From NCBI GenBank assembly GCA_036677325.1, contig JAKFBY010000019.1:807-32806 (forward strand): a DNA stretch of 32,000 nucleotides, written 5' to 3'. The position numbers were made by a program, and so were the translations under genes. Shown here piece by piece: positions 8,145 to 16,314 of the stretch (positions are counted from its first letter, which is position 1; every line of letters begins with the position of its first letter). The notes beneath the pieces were generated by a model that searched no databases, was not told where the DNA came from, and saw nothing but the letters and a program-made list of their open reading frames with translations. Origin of the DNA: Paucimonas sp. Lineage in GTDB: Bacteria > Pseudomonadota > Gammaproteobacteria > Burkholderiales > Burkholderiaceae_D.

Positions 8145-8446
8145 TGCATACGTCCATTTTGAAGAGCCCACCAAGTTGCGACAACATTATTCGCCGATGT
8201 TTCATAATTGTAATTTATAAAAAGGCAATGCTATTGTTCTCTAAAGAGGCTGATGCTGTTTAAAATTCAGTACAGCTACTTGCGACATTAAAAAAGGTAA
8301 GGACAGCTTGGGGGAAAGTGTAACGACTACCATTCCGCTGTCGCGGCTCCTCTCATTTTATGGCAAATAAGAGAACCGACAACCAAGCCCAACGCGTTTT
8401 TAAGCATTATTTATCATCAACGTGCACAGAATACCGGTGTGGAGAA

Positions 8447-8671
8447 GCACGCTGCGGCATCATCGTCAACGTGACGCCGTTCGAGCCGGAGTGGGAAGGC
8501 TACGTGACACTGGAGTTTTCCAACACCACGCCATTGCCGGCCAAGATCTATGCAGGCGAAGGCTGCGCGCAGGTATTGTTCTTTGAAAGCGATGAAGTAT
8601 GCGAGGTTTCATACAAGGATCGCGGCGGCAAATACCAGGGGCAGCACGGCGTGACCTTGCCGAAGGCATGA
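8447..8671 (+). pseudogene. dcd: 3-prime fragment of dCTP deaminase (last ~75 codons only)
   Basis: [74 protein letters not shown] is the C-terminal part of the ~188-aa Dcd of betaproteobacteria (recalled). The first 29 codons of listed ORF 8360..8671 are unrelated AT-rich sequence. The base composition changes here. Confidence 0.85.
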
Positions 8672-8678
8672 ACAAAAA

Positions 8679-8706
8679 ATGCCGCCCGGACTGCACCGGA
8701 CGGCAT
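8679..8706. terminator. hairpin between the convergent dcd fragment and the PEP-CTERM gene (possible bidirectional terminator)
   Basis: ATGCCGCCCGG (8679-8689) pairs with CCGGACGGCAT (8696-8706) with one mismatch. An A6 run lies upstream and a T6 run about 9 nt downstream. Confidence 0.5.
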
Positions 8707-8737
8707 TGATCCAGTTTTTTCTTGCAGGCTGTGTCGC

Positions 8738-9517
8738 TTATGCCTTGCGGCGGCGAGCCAGGCCAAATCCAATCAGGCCAAGGCCAACCAGCAGGGCCGA
8801 CATCGGTTCTGGCACATCATTGGTGATTTCCCGGATCAGCTTGCTTTGGATTGCCGCGCCAAAGTCATCGAAGCTGTCAGCCTGCGTAACAAAAGCGTTG
8901 ACGCCACCCATGACGAAGTTCGTGTAATGCGCTAACAATCCAAATTCGTTACCGATGGTGATGCCATTGATGGTATCCACACCTGCTGCCAATGCGGCAT
9001 TACGGCCTGTGGTACCTGTCAAACCGACATTGCTTGCGCCGTCGCCGGAGACGTCGATTACCTGGCGCAGTGACTCAAAACCATTGGCTGCACCGCCGGT
9101 TTCTGTGCCAAAAAGCGGCGCGGCGGAAAAGAGCGCGGATTGGATGCCGGTTGAGCCATTGAAAGTTCGGGTGACCCCGCTGAGGGCGCTGGCAAAGCTG
9201 TTAGCGCTGGCAATGCTGTCAATTAATGCCCAGCCTACCTTCTGGCTAAATTGACCAACACCCGACCATTCCACATAGGTTACGGCGATGCCGCCACCTT
9301 GGCTGCCCAGAATGGCATTCTGAACGGCTGCGCTTTGAAACGCGTTGACATAGCCAGTCTTTTGCAGCGCATATTCAGTGTTATCGACGCTGCCGGAGAC
9401 GTCCACCAGCAACACCAGCTCCAGACCAACTGGCACCGCCGATGCTGCGCCAGATGCGAATACAGCGCAGGCGACTACTGCCAACTGCGTGATGAGTTTT
9501 TTGGTAAAGGATGCCAT
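8738..9517 (-). CDS. DUF1194 / vWA-like protein with a C-terminal PEP-CTERM sorting signal
   Basis: Signal peptide, then LVLLVDVSGSVD (vWA MIDAS-like DxSxS) and AVTYVEWSG as in DUF1194. The C-terminus VPEPMSALLVGLGLIGFGLARRRKA has the PEP motif, a TM helix and a basic tail. ATG at 9517 is preferred over 9532. Confidence 0.8.
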   Translation of the reverse strand: MASFTKKLITQLAVVACAVFASGAASAVPVGLELVLLVDVSGSVDNTEYALQKTGYVNAFQSAAVQNAILGSQGGGIAVTYVEWSGVGQFSQKVGWALIDSIASANSFASALSGVTRTFNGSTGIQSALFSAAPLFGTETGGAANGFESLRQVIDVSGDGASNVGLTGTTGRNAALAAGVDTINGITIGNEFGLLAHYTNFVMGGVNAFVTQADSFDDFGAAIQSKLIREITNDVPEPMSALLVGLGLIGFGLARRRKA

Positions 9518-9575
9518 GCAAGTTGCTCCCATTAGGTTGAGTTATCAAGTAACAAAATTTAACAGTCGGCATATA

Positions 9576-9591
9576 TGCATGATGCGTGCCA
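9576..9591 (-). promoter_or_regulatory. candidate sigma-54 (-24/-12) promoter for the PEP-CTERM gene
   Basis: The minus strand reads TGGCACGCATCATGCA, versus the consensus TGGCACG-N4-TTGCW. The GG and GC are correctly spaced. The site lies about 60-75 nt upstream of ATG 9517. Confidence 0.45.
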
Positions 9592-9765
9592 AATAAACAA
9601 CTCTTTGATTTATTTAGAAAAATTTTGTCATTTCATTAATGTGGAATTTTATTTGTAAATTTTTTCGACGAAAAATTCGGCACTCAATTCGACTCAAACC
9701 GTTGATGAACTATCTCCGCCCTTGATCGGCTTCACCCGGCCCGGCCAATCCGGGCACCAGCAAAT

Positions 9766-9793
9766 AAAACGCCCGCGAAAGCGGGCGTTTTTC
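9766..9793. terminator. bidirectional intrinsic terminator downstream of the decarboxylase gene
   Basis: GCCCGC GAAA GCGGGC (9771-9786), flanked by AAAA upstream and GTTTTT downstream. Confidence 0.7.
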
Positions 9794-9920
9794 TAGATTT
9801 TTGCAACAAGGCGTATAGTGCGTTGCGACGGTCTAACCAGACGATTTCGGCAGTTTTCGGGACGATCCAACAGCGTTCGAATCCGGTTCCTTCCAGCGGT
9901 TTCGCCGATTGAGCACGACC

Positions 9921-12170
9921 TTACTTGACGCAATCGACAAAATAGCCGCGCTTGCCATTGACTTCGCGTGTGACAAGGCCATGCACATCGGTCTCAAAAC
10001 CAGGGAACTTCTCGTTGAAGTCGCGGGCGAATTTCAGGTAATCGACGATGGTCTTGTTGAAGCGCTCGCCCGGGATCAGCAAGGGGATGCCGGGTGGGTA
10101 GGGCGTGAGCAGAATCGACGTGACGCGGCCTTCAAGCATGTCGATTGGCACTCGTTCGATTTCGCGGTGCGCCATCTTGGAAAAGGCATCCGATGGCTTC
10201 ATTGCCGGCTGCATGTCAGACAAGTACATTTCCGTGGTCAGGCGCGCCACATCGTACAGCTTGTACATGTCGTGGATCTGCTGGCACAGGTCGCGCAGGC
10301 CGACGCGCTCGTAACGCAGATTGGCGGCGGCGAATTCCGGCAGGATGCGCCAGATCGGCTGGTTCTTGTCATAGTCATCCTTGAATTGCTGCAGCGCGGT
10401 CAGCAGCGTGTTCCAGCGGCCCTTGGTGATGCCGATGGTGAACATGATGAAGAATGAATACAGGCCCGCCTTCTCGACGATCACGCCATGCTCGGCCAGG
10501 TACTTGGTCACGATCGAGGCCGGAATGCCATTGTCGCCGAACTTGCCGTCCAGTGACAGGCCCGGAGTAATGATGGTGGCCTTGATCGGGTCGAGCATGT
10601 TGAAGCCCGGTGCGAGCTTGCCAAAGCCATGCCAGTCATCTTCGGCGCGGATCATCCAGTCGTCCTGGGTGCCGATGCCGTCTTCGGCGAAGTTGTCCGG
10701 GCCCCAGACCTGGAACCACCAGTCGAGTCCGAATTCCTGGTCAACCTTTTTCATTGCACGGCGAAATTCCAGCGCTTCCAGAATGCTTTCCTCGACCAGT
10801 GCGGTCCCGCCGGGCGCTTCCATCATCGCCGCGGCTACATCGCAGGAGGCGATGATCGCGTACTGCGGCGAGGTCGACGTATGCATCAGGTAGGCTTCAT
10901 TGAAGGTGTCCCGGTCGAGCTTCACTGTTTCGGATTCGCGCACCAGGATTTGCGAAGCCTGCGACAGGCCGGCCAATAATTTGTGGGTTGACTGGGTCGA
11001 GAAGATCAGCGATTCCTTGGCACGTGGACGATCCTTGCCGATTGCATGCATGTTCTTGTAAAAATCGTGGAAAGTTGCGTGCGGCAGCCAGGCTTCGTCG
11101 AAATGCAGCGTGTCGATTTTCCCGTCGAGCATTTCCTTGAGCGTCTCGACGTTGTAGATCACGCCATCGTAGGTCGATTGGGTAATGGTCAGAATGCGCG
11201 GCTTCTTGTTGACGGCTTCGCGCGCAAACGGATTGGCCTGGATTTTCCGCTGGATGCTTTCAGGGGTGAATTCCTCCAGCGGAATCGGGCCGATGATGCC
11301 AAGATGGTTGCGGGTCGGCATCAGGAACACCGGAATAGCGCCAGTCATGATGATCGAGTGCAGAATCGACTTGTGGCAGTTGCGGTCAACCACCACGATA
11401 TCGCCGGGTGCAACTGTCGAATGCCAGACCATCTTGTTGGAAGTCGAGGTGCCGTTGGTGACGAAGTAGCAGTGGTCGGCATTGAAGATGCGCGCTGCAT
11501 TGCGCTCGCTTGCTGCCACCGGACCCGTATGGTCGAGCAACTGGCCGAGTTCCTCGACGGCGTTGCAGACGTCGGCGCGCAGCATGTTCTCGCCAAAAAA
11601 CTGGTGGAACATCTGGCCTATCGGCGACTTCAGAAACGCCACGCCACCGGAGTGGCCGGGGCAATGCCAGGAATAGGAGCCGTCCTGCGCGTAATGCACC
11701 AGGGCGCGGAAGAAGGGTGGCGACAGGCCGTCCAGATAGGATTTTGCCTCGCGAATGATATGGCGCGCGACAAACTCCGGCGTATCTTCAAACATGTGGA
11801 TGAAGCCGTGCAGTTCGCGCAGGATATCGTTGGGGATATGGCGCGAGGTGCGGGTTTCACCATACAGGTAGATCGGGATGTCGGAATTCTTGTAGCGGAT
11901 TTCTTCGACAAAGGCGCGCAGCGATTTCAATGCCTTGTCGGTTTCCTCATCGCTGCCGGCACCGAACTCCTCGTCGTCGATCGACAGAATGAAGGCGGAA
12001 GCGCGCGACTGCTGCTGCGCGAATTGCGACAGGTCGCCATAACTGGTCACGCCAAGGACTTCCATGCCCTCGGCTTCCATCGCATCGGCCAGCGCACGAA
12101 TGCCCAGGCCGGAAGTATTTTCAGAGCGGAAATCTTCATCAATGATGACGATTGGGAAACGGAATTTCAT
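9921..12170 (-). CDS. PLP-dependent Orn/Lys/Arg decarboxylase (large, wing-domain type)
   Basis: 749 aa. The N-terminal receiver-like wing is MKFRFPIVIIDEDF, the PLP-lysine motif is STQSTHKLL, and the family architecture is typical. ATG at 12170 is preferred over the TTG at 12182. Confidence 0.9.
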   Translation of the reverse strand: MKFRFPIVIIDEDFRSENTSGLGIRALADAMEAEGMEVLGVTSYGDLSQFAQQQSRASAFILSIDDEEFGAGSDEETDKALKSLRAFVEEIRYKNSDIPIYLYGETRTSRHIPNDILRELHGFIHMFEDTPEFVARHIIREAKSYLDGLSPPFFRALVHYAQDGSYSWHCPGHSGGVAFLKSPIGQMFHQFFGENMLRADVCNAVEELGQLLDHTGPVAASERNAARIFNADHCYFVTNGTSTSNKMVWHSTVAPGDIVVVDRNCHKSILHSIIMTGAIPVFLMPTRNHLGIIGPIPLEEFTPESIQRKIQANPFAREAVNKKPRILTITQSTYDGVIYNVETLKEMLDGKIDTLHFDEAWLPHATFHDFYKNMHAIGKDRPRAKESLIFSTQSTHKLLAGLSQASQILVRESETVKLDRDTFNEAYLMHTSTSPQYAIIASCDVAAAMMEAPGGTALVEESILEALEFRRAMKKVDQEFGLDWWFQVWGPDNFAEDGIGTQDDWMIRAEDDWHGFGKLAPGFNMLDPIKATIITPGLSLDGKFGDNGIPASIVTKYLAEHGVIVEKAGLYSFFIMFTIGITKGRWNTLLTALQQFKDDYDKNQPIWRILPEFAAANLRYERVGLRDLCQQIHDMYKLYDVARLTTEMYLSDMQPAMKPSDAFSKMAHREIERVPIDMLEGRVTSILLTPYPPGIPLLIPGERFNKTIVDYLKFARDFNEKFPGFETDVHGLVTREVNGKRGYFVDCVK

Positions 12171-12335
12171 CGAGGACTCCAACAGCGTGGTGGCAATGGT
12201 TTACATGAGGGCACAGAGGTCGGACTCTGTTACTGTGCACCGTAAAATTTGAAAGAATGGATTTTCGCAGATATGGCGCCGCTGTGGGAGAAAACCGCCG
12301 GGTTCTGCCAAGTCTGTCGGCTGTTTTAACCCTGA

Positions 12336-12839
12336 TCAGGCGGGCAGGGTGCGGCGTTCATAGGTAACAAAGGCGAAATTGCAGGCATTGGCCTCGGAAT
12401 GATGGGTTTCCCGGGCGGTTTCCTGCCACTGTTGCGGATCGAATGCCGGCAGAAACGTGTCGCAGTTAAATGTCTTGTCGATTTCCGTCACAATCAACCG
12501 TTGTACTTTTGGCAGCGCTTCGGAAAAGATCTGGGCGCCGCCAATCACGAATGCGTCTGCGTCGCCGGCCAGGGCGGCAGCTGCCGCCAGCGAGCTGGCC
12601 ACTTCGACGCCTTCATGGCGCCAGTCGGGGTTGCGAGTAATAACAATGTTGCGACGGTTTGGCAGTGCCCGTCCGATCGAATCGAAGGTTTTGCGGCCCA
12701 TGATGATCGGATGACCGGTGGTCGTGCGCTTGAAAAATGCCAGATCTTCCGGCAGGCGCCAGGGCAGAGCATTGTTGATGCCGATGCCGCGCTGGGTATC
12801 GATCGCGACAATAATGGTCAGGCGAGGTGAAAAAGACAT
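12336..12839 (-). CDS. folA: dihydrofolate reductase
   Basis: IVAIDTQRGIGINNALPWRLPEDLAFFKRTTTGHPIIMGRKTFDSIG and VIGGAQIF are classic DHFR motifs. Confidence 0.92.
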   Translation of the reverse strand: MSFSPRLTIIVAIDTQRGIGINNALPWRLPEDLAFFKRTTTGHPIIMGRKTFDSIGRALPNRRNIVITRNPDWRHEGVEVASSLAAAAALAGDADAFVIGGAQIFSEALPKVQRLIVTEIDKTFNCDTFLPAFDPQQWQETARETHHSEANACNFAFVTYERRTLPA

Positions 12840-12864
12840 TATTTTGTGAGAAATGAATAAAAAT

Positions 12865-12912
12865 TTGCCGGCAATCTGGTTCCAAATGCAAGTTGGGCCA
12901 GGTTGCCGGCAA
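12865..12912. repeat. 15-bp-arm inverted repeat between phaC and folA (terminator and/or operator candidate)
   Basis: TTGCCGGCAATCTGG (12865-12879) pairs with CCAGGTTGCCGGCAA (12898-12912) at 14/15 positions, with an 18-nt loop. Each arm contains the self-palindrome TTGCCGGCAA. On the minus strand it is followed by ATTTTTATT. Confidence 0.5.
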
Positions 12913-12964
12913 TGTTATGCCATTTTGCGCGCCAGCGTATCGCTGGTCACCGATTTTTCAGTAT

Positions 12965-14629
12965 TCAGGTTTCCAGTACGTAGGCGCCGGGCGCAGCGCA
13001 CAAGACCGGATAATCTGGCTGGCCAATCACAGGCGGCGCCTTCATCGGGCCACAACCTTCATGCAGCCATGCAGTCCAGTCGCCCCACCAGGAGCCGGCC
13101 TGCTTGGTCTGGCTTGCCAGCCAGGTTTCGTTTTCGGTTTCGCCAGACGCATCGCCGACCCAGAACTCGCGCTTCGAGGTTGGGCTGGGCGGGTTGATGA
13201 TGCCCAGAATATGGCCCGAAGTTGACAACACATAGCGCACCGGCCCCTTGACCATGCTGGCAGTCTTGAAGGTGCCGGCCCAAGGGGTAATGTGGTCTTC
13301 GGTGGTGCCGACAGAATACAGCGGCTGCTTGATGTTGGCCAGGTCGATTTTTTGACCGCCAAGCACCAGCGCATCTTTTTTCACCAGATTGTTTTCGACA
13401 TAGAACTGGCGCAAGCAGAACTTGTGCATGGCACGCGGCAGGCGGGTGCTGTCGCCATTCCAGAACAGCACATCCATCGATGGCGGCGTTTCGCCATACA
13501 GGTACTTGTGCACGACGTAATGCCATATCAGACTGTTCGGGCGCAGCATGCGGAAAGCCGACGACAGTTGCTTCTTGTCGAGGAAACCCTGCTTGTCCAT
13601 GATCTCGTCGATCGTAGCCAGGCTATTTTCATTGATGAAGGCCTCGATCTCACCTGGACGCGAAAAATCGGCCAGCGACGACAGCAGGGTCCAGTGCGCT
13701 ACCGGCATGTCTGCCGCCTTCGGGAATTTGCGGCTTAGCAGCGCCATCAGCGCGGTCAGGCCGGTGCCGCCGATGCAATATCCGGCCGCATGCACCTGCG
13801 GTGCCTTGGTAATGTCGCGCGCCGCATCGATGGCAGCCAGCATGCCCTTCAGCAGATACTTCTCGAAAGTATTGTCGGCCATGTCGGCGCCCGGATTTTT
13901 CCAGCTGATCATGAATACCGTGAAGCCGTCTGCCACCAGGTGGCGCACCATGCTCTTTTTCTCGGTCAAATCCATGATGTAATACTTGTTGATCCAGGGA
14001 GGAACGATCACCACCGGCATCGCGCGGACTTTCTTGCCGACCGGATGATACTGGATCAATTCCAGCAATTCATTGCGAAATACGACCGAACCAGGCGTGG
14101 TGGCAACTTCCTTGCCGAGAGTAAACGCCGTTTCGCTGCCCATCATTTGGACGTCGCCGGCTTTCATGTCCGCCATGAAGTGCTCGATGCCCTTGGTCAG
14201 GCTGGCGCCACGGGATTGCATGGCTTTCTGGATGGCGACCGGATTGGTCAAAAGGAAATTGCTGGGAGACAGGGCATTGAACCATTGGCGGGTCCAGAAT
14301 GCGCCGGCATGCCGATCCTTCTTGTCCACGCCCGGCGTATCGTAAATCGTGCGTTCCAGCCAGCGGGTATAAGCCAGGTAATTCTGGACGACCAGCGAAT
14401 TGCCCAGACTTGCCTGCCATTCCGGATCTTGAAAGCGCTCGTCACCTTCAGCAACTTTTTCAGTGTTCTTGCCCTGACCGCCGGCCATCGCCGTGAATGC
14501 ATTCAGGTTCAATGTCCATAGGCTGGCTGCCAGTTCGCGCTGTGCTTCCAGTTGTTCTTGCGGATGGCTGATCCATGCTTTTTGTATTTTGAGGAAGGTA
14601 TTGCCTATGCCAAATGGATCTAATTGCAT
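12965..14629 (-). CDS. phaC: class I poly(3-hydroxyalkanoate) synthase
   Basis: 554 aa. Has the lipase-box variant GYCIGG, plus WINKYYIMDL and other PhaC blocks. Confidence 0.9.
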   Translation of the reverse strand: MQLDPFGIGNTFLKIQKAWISHPQEQLEAQRELAASLWTLNLNAFTAMAGGQGKNTEKVAEGDERFQDPEWQASLGNSLVVQNYLAYTRWLERTIYDTPGVDKKDRHAGAFWTRQWFNALSPSNFLLTNPVAIQKAMQSRGASLTKGIEHFMADMKAGDVQMMGSETAFTLGKEVATTPGSVVFRNELLELIQYHPVGKKVRAMPVVIVPPWINKYYIMDLTEKKSMVRHLVADGFTVFMISWKNPGADMADNTFEKYLLKGMLAAIDAARDITKAPQVHAAGYCIGGTGLTALMALLSRKFPKAADMPVAHWTLLSSLADFSRPGEIEAFINENSLATIDEIMDKQGFLDKKQLSSAFRMLRPNSLIWHYVVHKYLYGETPPSMDVLFWNGDSTRLPRAMHKFCLRQFYVENNLVKKDALVLGGQKIDLANIKQPLYSVGTTEDHITPWAGTFKTASMVKGPVRYVLSTSGHILGIINPPSPTSKREFWVGDASGETENETWLASQTKQAGSWWGDWTAWLHEGCGPMKAPPVIGQPDYPVLCAAPGAYVLET

Positions 14630-14797
14630 GCTCTCACTCTCGGTCGTATATATGGTGAACGAAACAGTCCCAACTCAATGTGTATCGACTGCCCTCCCTT
14701 TTATTTCCTTTTGGAAAGTCGATCGATAAATATTACTCTGAATCAATGAAATTGTTGAAAATTTCGGGAAATGCGTCATTTTTGCGACATTAAGGCC

Positions 14798-14840
14798 AAA
14801 AAAAACCGCTTGAACCGAGTTTTCCCGGAAGAAGCGGTGT
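14798..14840 (-). terminator. intrinsic terminator downstream of the tandem USP gene
   Basis: The minus strand reads ACCGCTTCTTCCGGGAAAACTCGGTTCAAGCGGT followed by a T-run (the A-run at 14798-14805 on plus). A second GC hairpin, GGCGGTGG CTG CCACCGCC, lies at 14871-14889. Confidence 0.6.
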
Positions 14841-14925
14841 GGGAAACAGTAGCGTGATGTCTGCCTCCGGGGCGGTGGCTGCCACCGCCTCTCGCTGTAT
14901 GTAAAAAGCTAGCCTTGATCGATGC

Positions 14926-15765
14926 TCAGTGCGACATCAGTACCGGGATCGTCATGGCGGCCAGCACGGTTCGGGTCACGCCTCCCAGAATGATTTCGCG
15001 GAAACGCGAATGACCATATCCACCCATGACGATCAGGTCGGTCGACAGATCCACCGCCAGTGACAGCAGGGCATCGCCGACTTCGGTGCTGGTAAGCCCG
15101 GGCAGCAGCTCGACCTTGATGCCATGGCGCGCCAGGTATAGTGCAATGTCGGTGCCCGTGATCGGCTCCTGTGTGGTGCTCACGACGGTCTGATTGTAGA
15201 CCGCCACCTGCACCAGGTCAGCGCGCTTGAGCAGCGGAATGGCATCGGTAACCGCGCGGGTGGCGGCGCGGCTGCCATCCCAAGCAATCAAGATGCGCTT
15301 GCCGATCGTGTTCACGGCACCGGAATAGGGAATGATCAGTGTCGGTCGGCCCGCATTAAAGACAATAAATTCGGGGAAATTGGACAGAATGGCTGCCACC
15401 GGTTCGTTTGGGTCGGTTTGGCCGATTACCACCAAGTCGCTACAACGTGCTTGCAAGGCAATTCCATCCAAAGGGTCATCCTCAACCAACCGTGGTTCAA
15501 ACGATGCGATGCCGGCTTGCCGTGCAACCGGCTCCGCAAGTTCAAGCGCTTGCTGCGCACGTTTGCGCAAGTAATCCAGATGCACGGCCAGATTCGGGTC
15601 GGTCTGCATTGCCTCGCCACCTTGAAACGCGAACCGCGAAATGCCGGTCATGGCCGCACCAATCAAATGAGCGTCATAGTCTGCTGCAAGTTCAGCAGCA
15701 ACACGAATACGGGTCGCTGCATGTTTTGCATCATCCACATGCACCAGAATAGTCTTGTAAGTCAT
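14926..15765 (-). CDS. tandem-domain universal stress protein (UspA family)
   Basis: Two Usp domains (MTYKTILVHVDD...; ...GGYGHSRFREIILGGVTRTVL). An AAGGTG SD lies upstream. Confidence 0.85.
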   Translation of the reverse strand: MTYKTILVHVDDAKHAATRIRVAAELAADYDAHLIGAAMTGISRFAFQGGEAMQTDPNLAVHLDYLRKRAQQALELAEPVARQAGIASFEPRLVEDDPLDGIALQARCSDLVVIGQTDPNEPVAAILSNFPEFIVFNAGRPTLIIPYSGAVNTIGKRILIAWDGSRAATRAVTDAIPLLKRADLVQVAVYNQTVVSTTQEPITGTDIALYLARHGIKVELLPGLTSTEVGDALLSLAVDLSTDLIVMGGYGHSRFREIILGGVTRTVLAAMTIPVLMSH

Positions 15766-15884
15766 GATTGCACCTTATTATTCATGGCCGACCGATCATT
15801 GGCATGTTCTGAATATACCGACAACCCGGCTCATTTTCACTGCGAATCGACACTGAATTTTTTACATTGGCAATGTTCCAATTT

Positions 15885-15899
15885 TGGCACTGTTTTGGC
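15885..15899 (+). promoter_or_regulatory. weak sigma-54-like -24/-12 element
   Basis: TGGCACTGTTTTGGC has GG-N10-GC spacing, but the -12 element is TGGC rather than TTGC. It lies about 420 nt upstream of the phasin ATG. Confidence 0.25.
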
Positions 15900-16163
15900 G
15901 CCGTGTCATATTGATCTTGATGCATCGACTGCTACATCATCTGAAATAGGGGATGAGCGCACGCTGGCGATAAAAATCAAGGATCGACTGCGCTGAAAAA
16001 TCGATCCTCGCAGTTTTCAAGTACTGCCCATGTGCAGTCAGCGGTGGGAAGCATCGGTTGGCCGGAAACCACTTCAGGCGAATTTTCGAGCAGTCAACGG
16101 AGTTAAAGCCAGTTTCCACTCCCAGGGTATCAAGCATGTACGGCATTGGCCGGGGTGACCGCT

Positions 16164-16177
16164 TTGAGTACCATCAA
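16164..16177. promoter_or_regulatory. FNR/CRP-type box upstream of the phasin gene
   Basis: TTGAG-TACC-ATCAA matches 9/10 positions of TTGAT-N4-ATCAA. It lies 138-151 nt upstream of ATG 16315. Confidence 0.4.
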
Positions 16178-16314
16178 GGTTCACTACGGGTTCGATGCGA
16201 AAATGGACTGCATCACTCGACGACAAGTCCGCTTGCCTTGCAAATAACCATGCACATGGTGACGCTCCGGATGGCTGCCAGCGGATCATCTTTCCATTTA
16301 TCAGGAGAGCTACC

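Noticed and set aside
9871-9890. A tRNA T-loop-like string, GCGTTCGAATCCGGTTCC, in the spacer downstream of the decarboxylase gene.
   Set aside because: The flanking bases do not pair as a T stem (CAGCG vs CCGGT). No acceptor stem complement or anticodon arm could be folded in the preceding about 75 nt. At most it is a degraded fragment.
11046-12245. A 399-aa plus-strand ORF opposite the decarboxylase gene. Similar long antisense ORFs are listed at 9909..10457, 10381..10893, 13790..14521, 21149..21712, 26640..27317 and 31311..31877.
   Set aside because: They lie entirely antisense to genes with clear family signatures. They are rich in Arg/Ala/Gly, as is typical of GC-rich shadow frames, and show no recognisable motifs.
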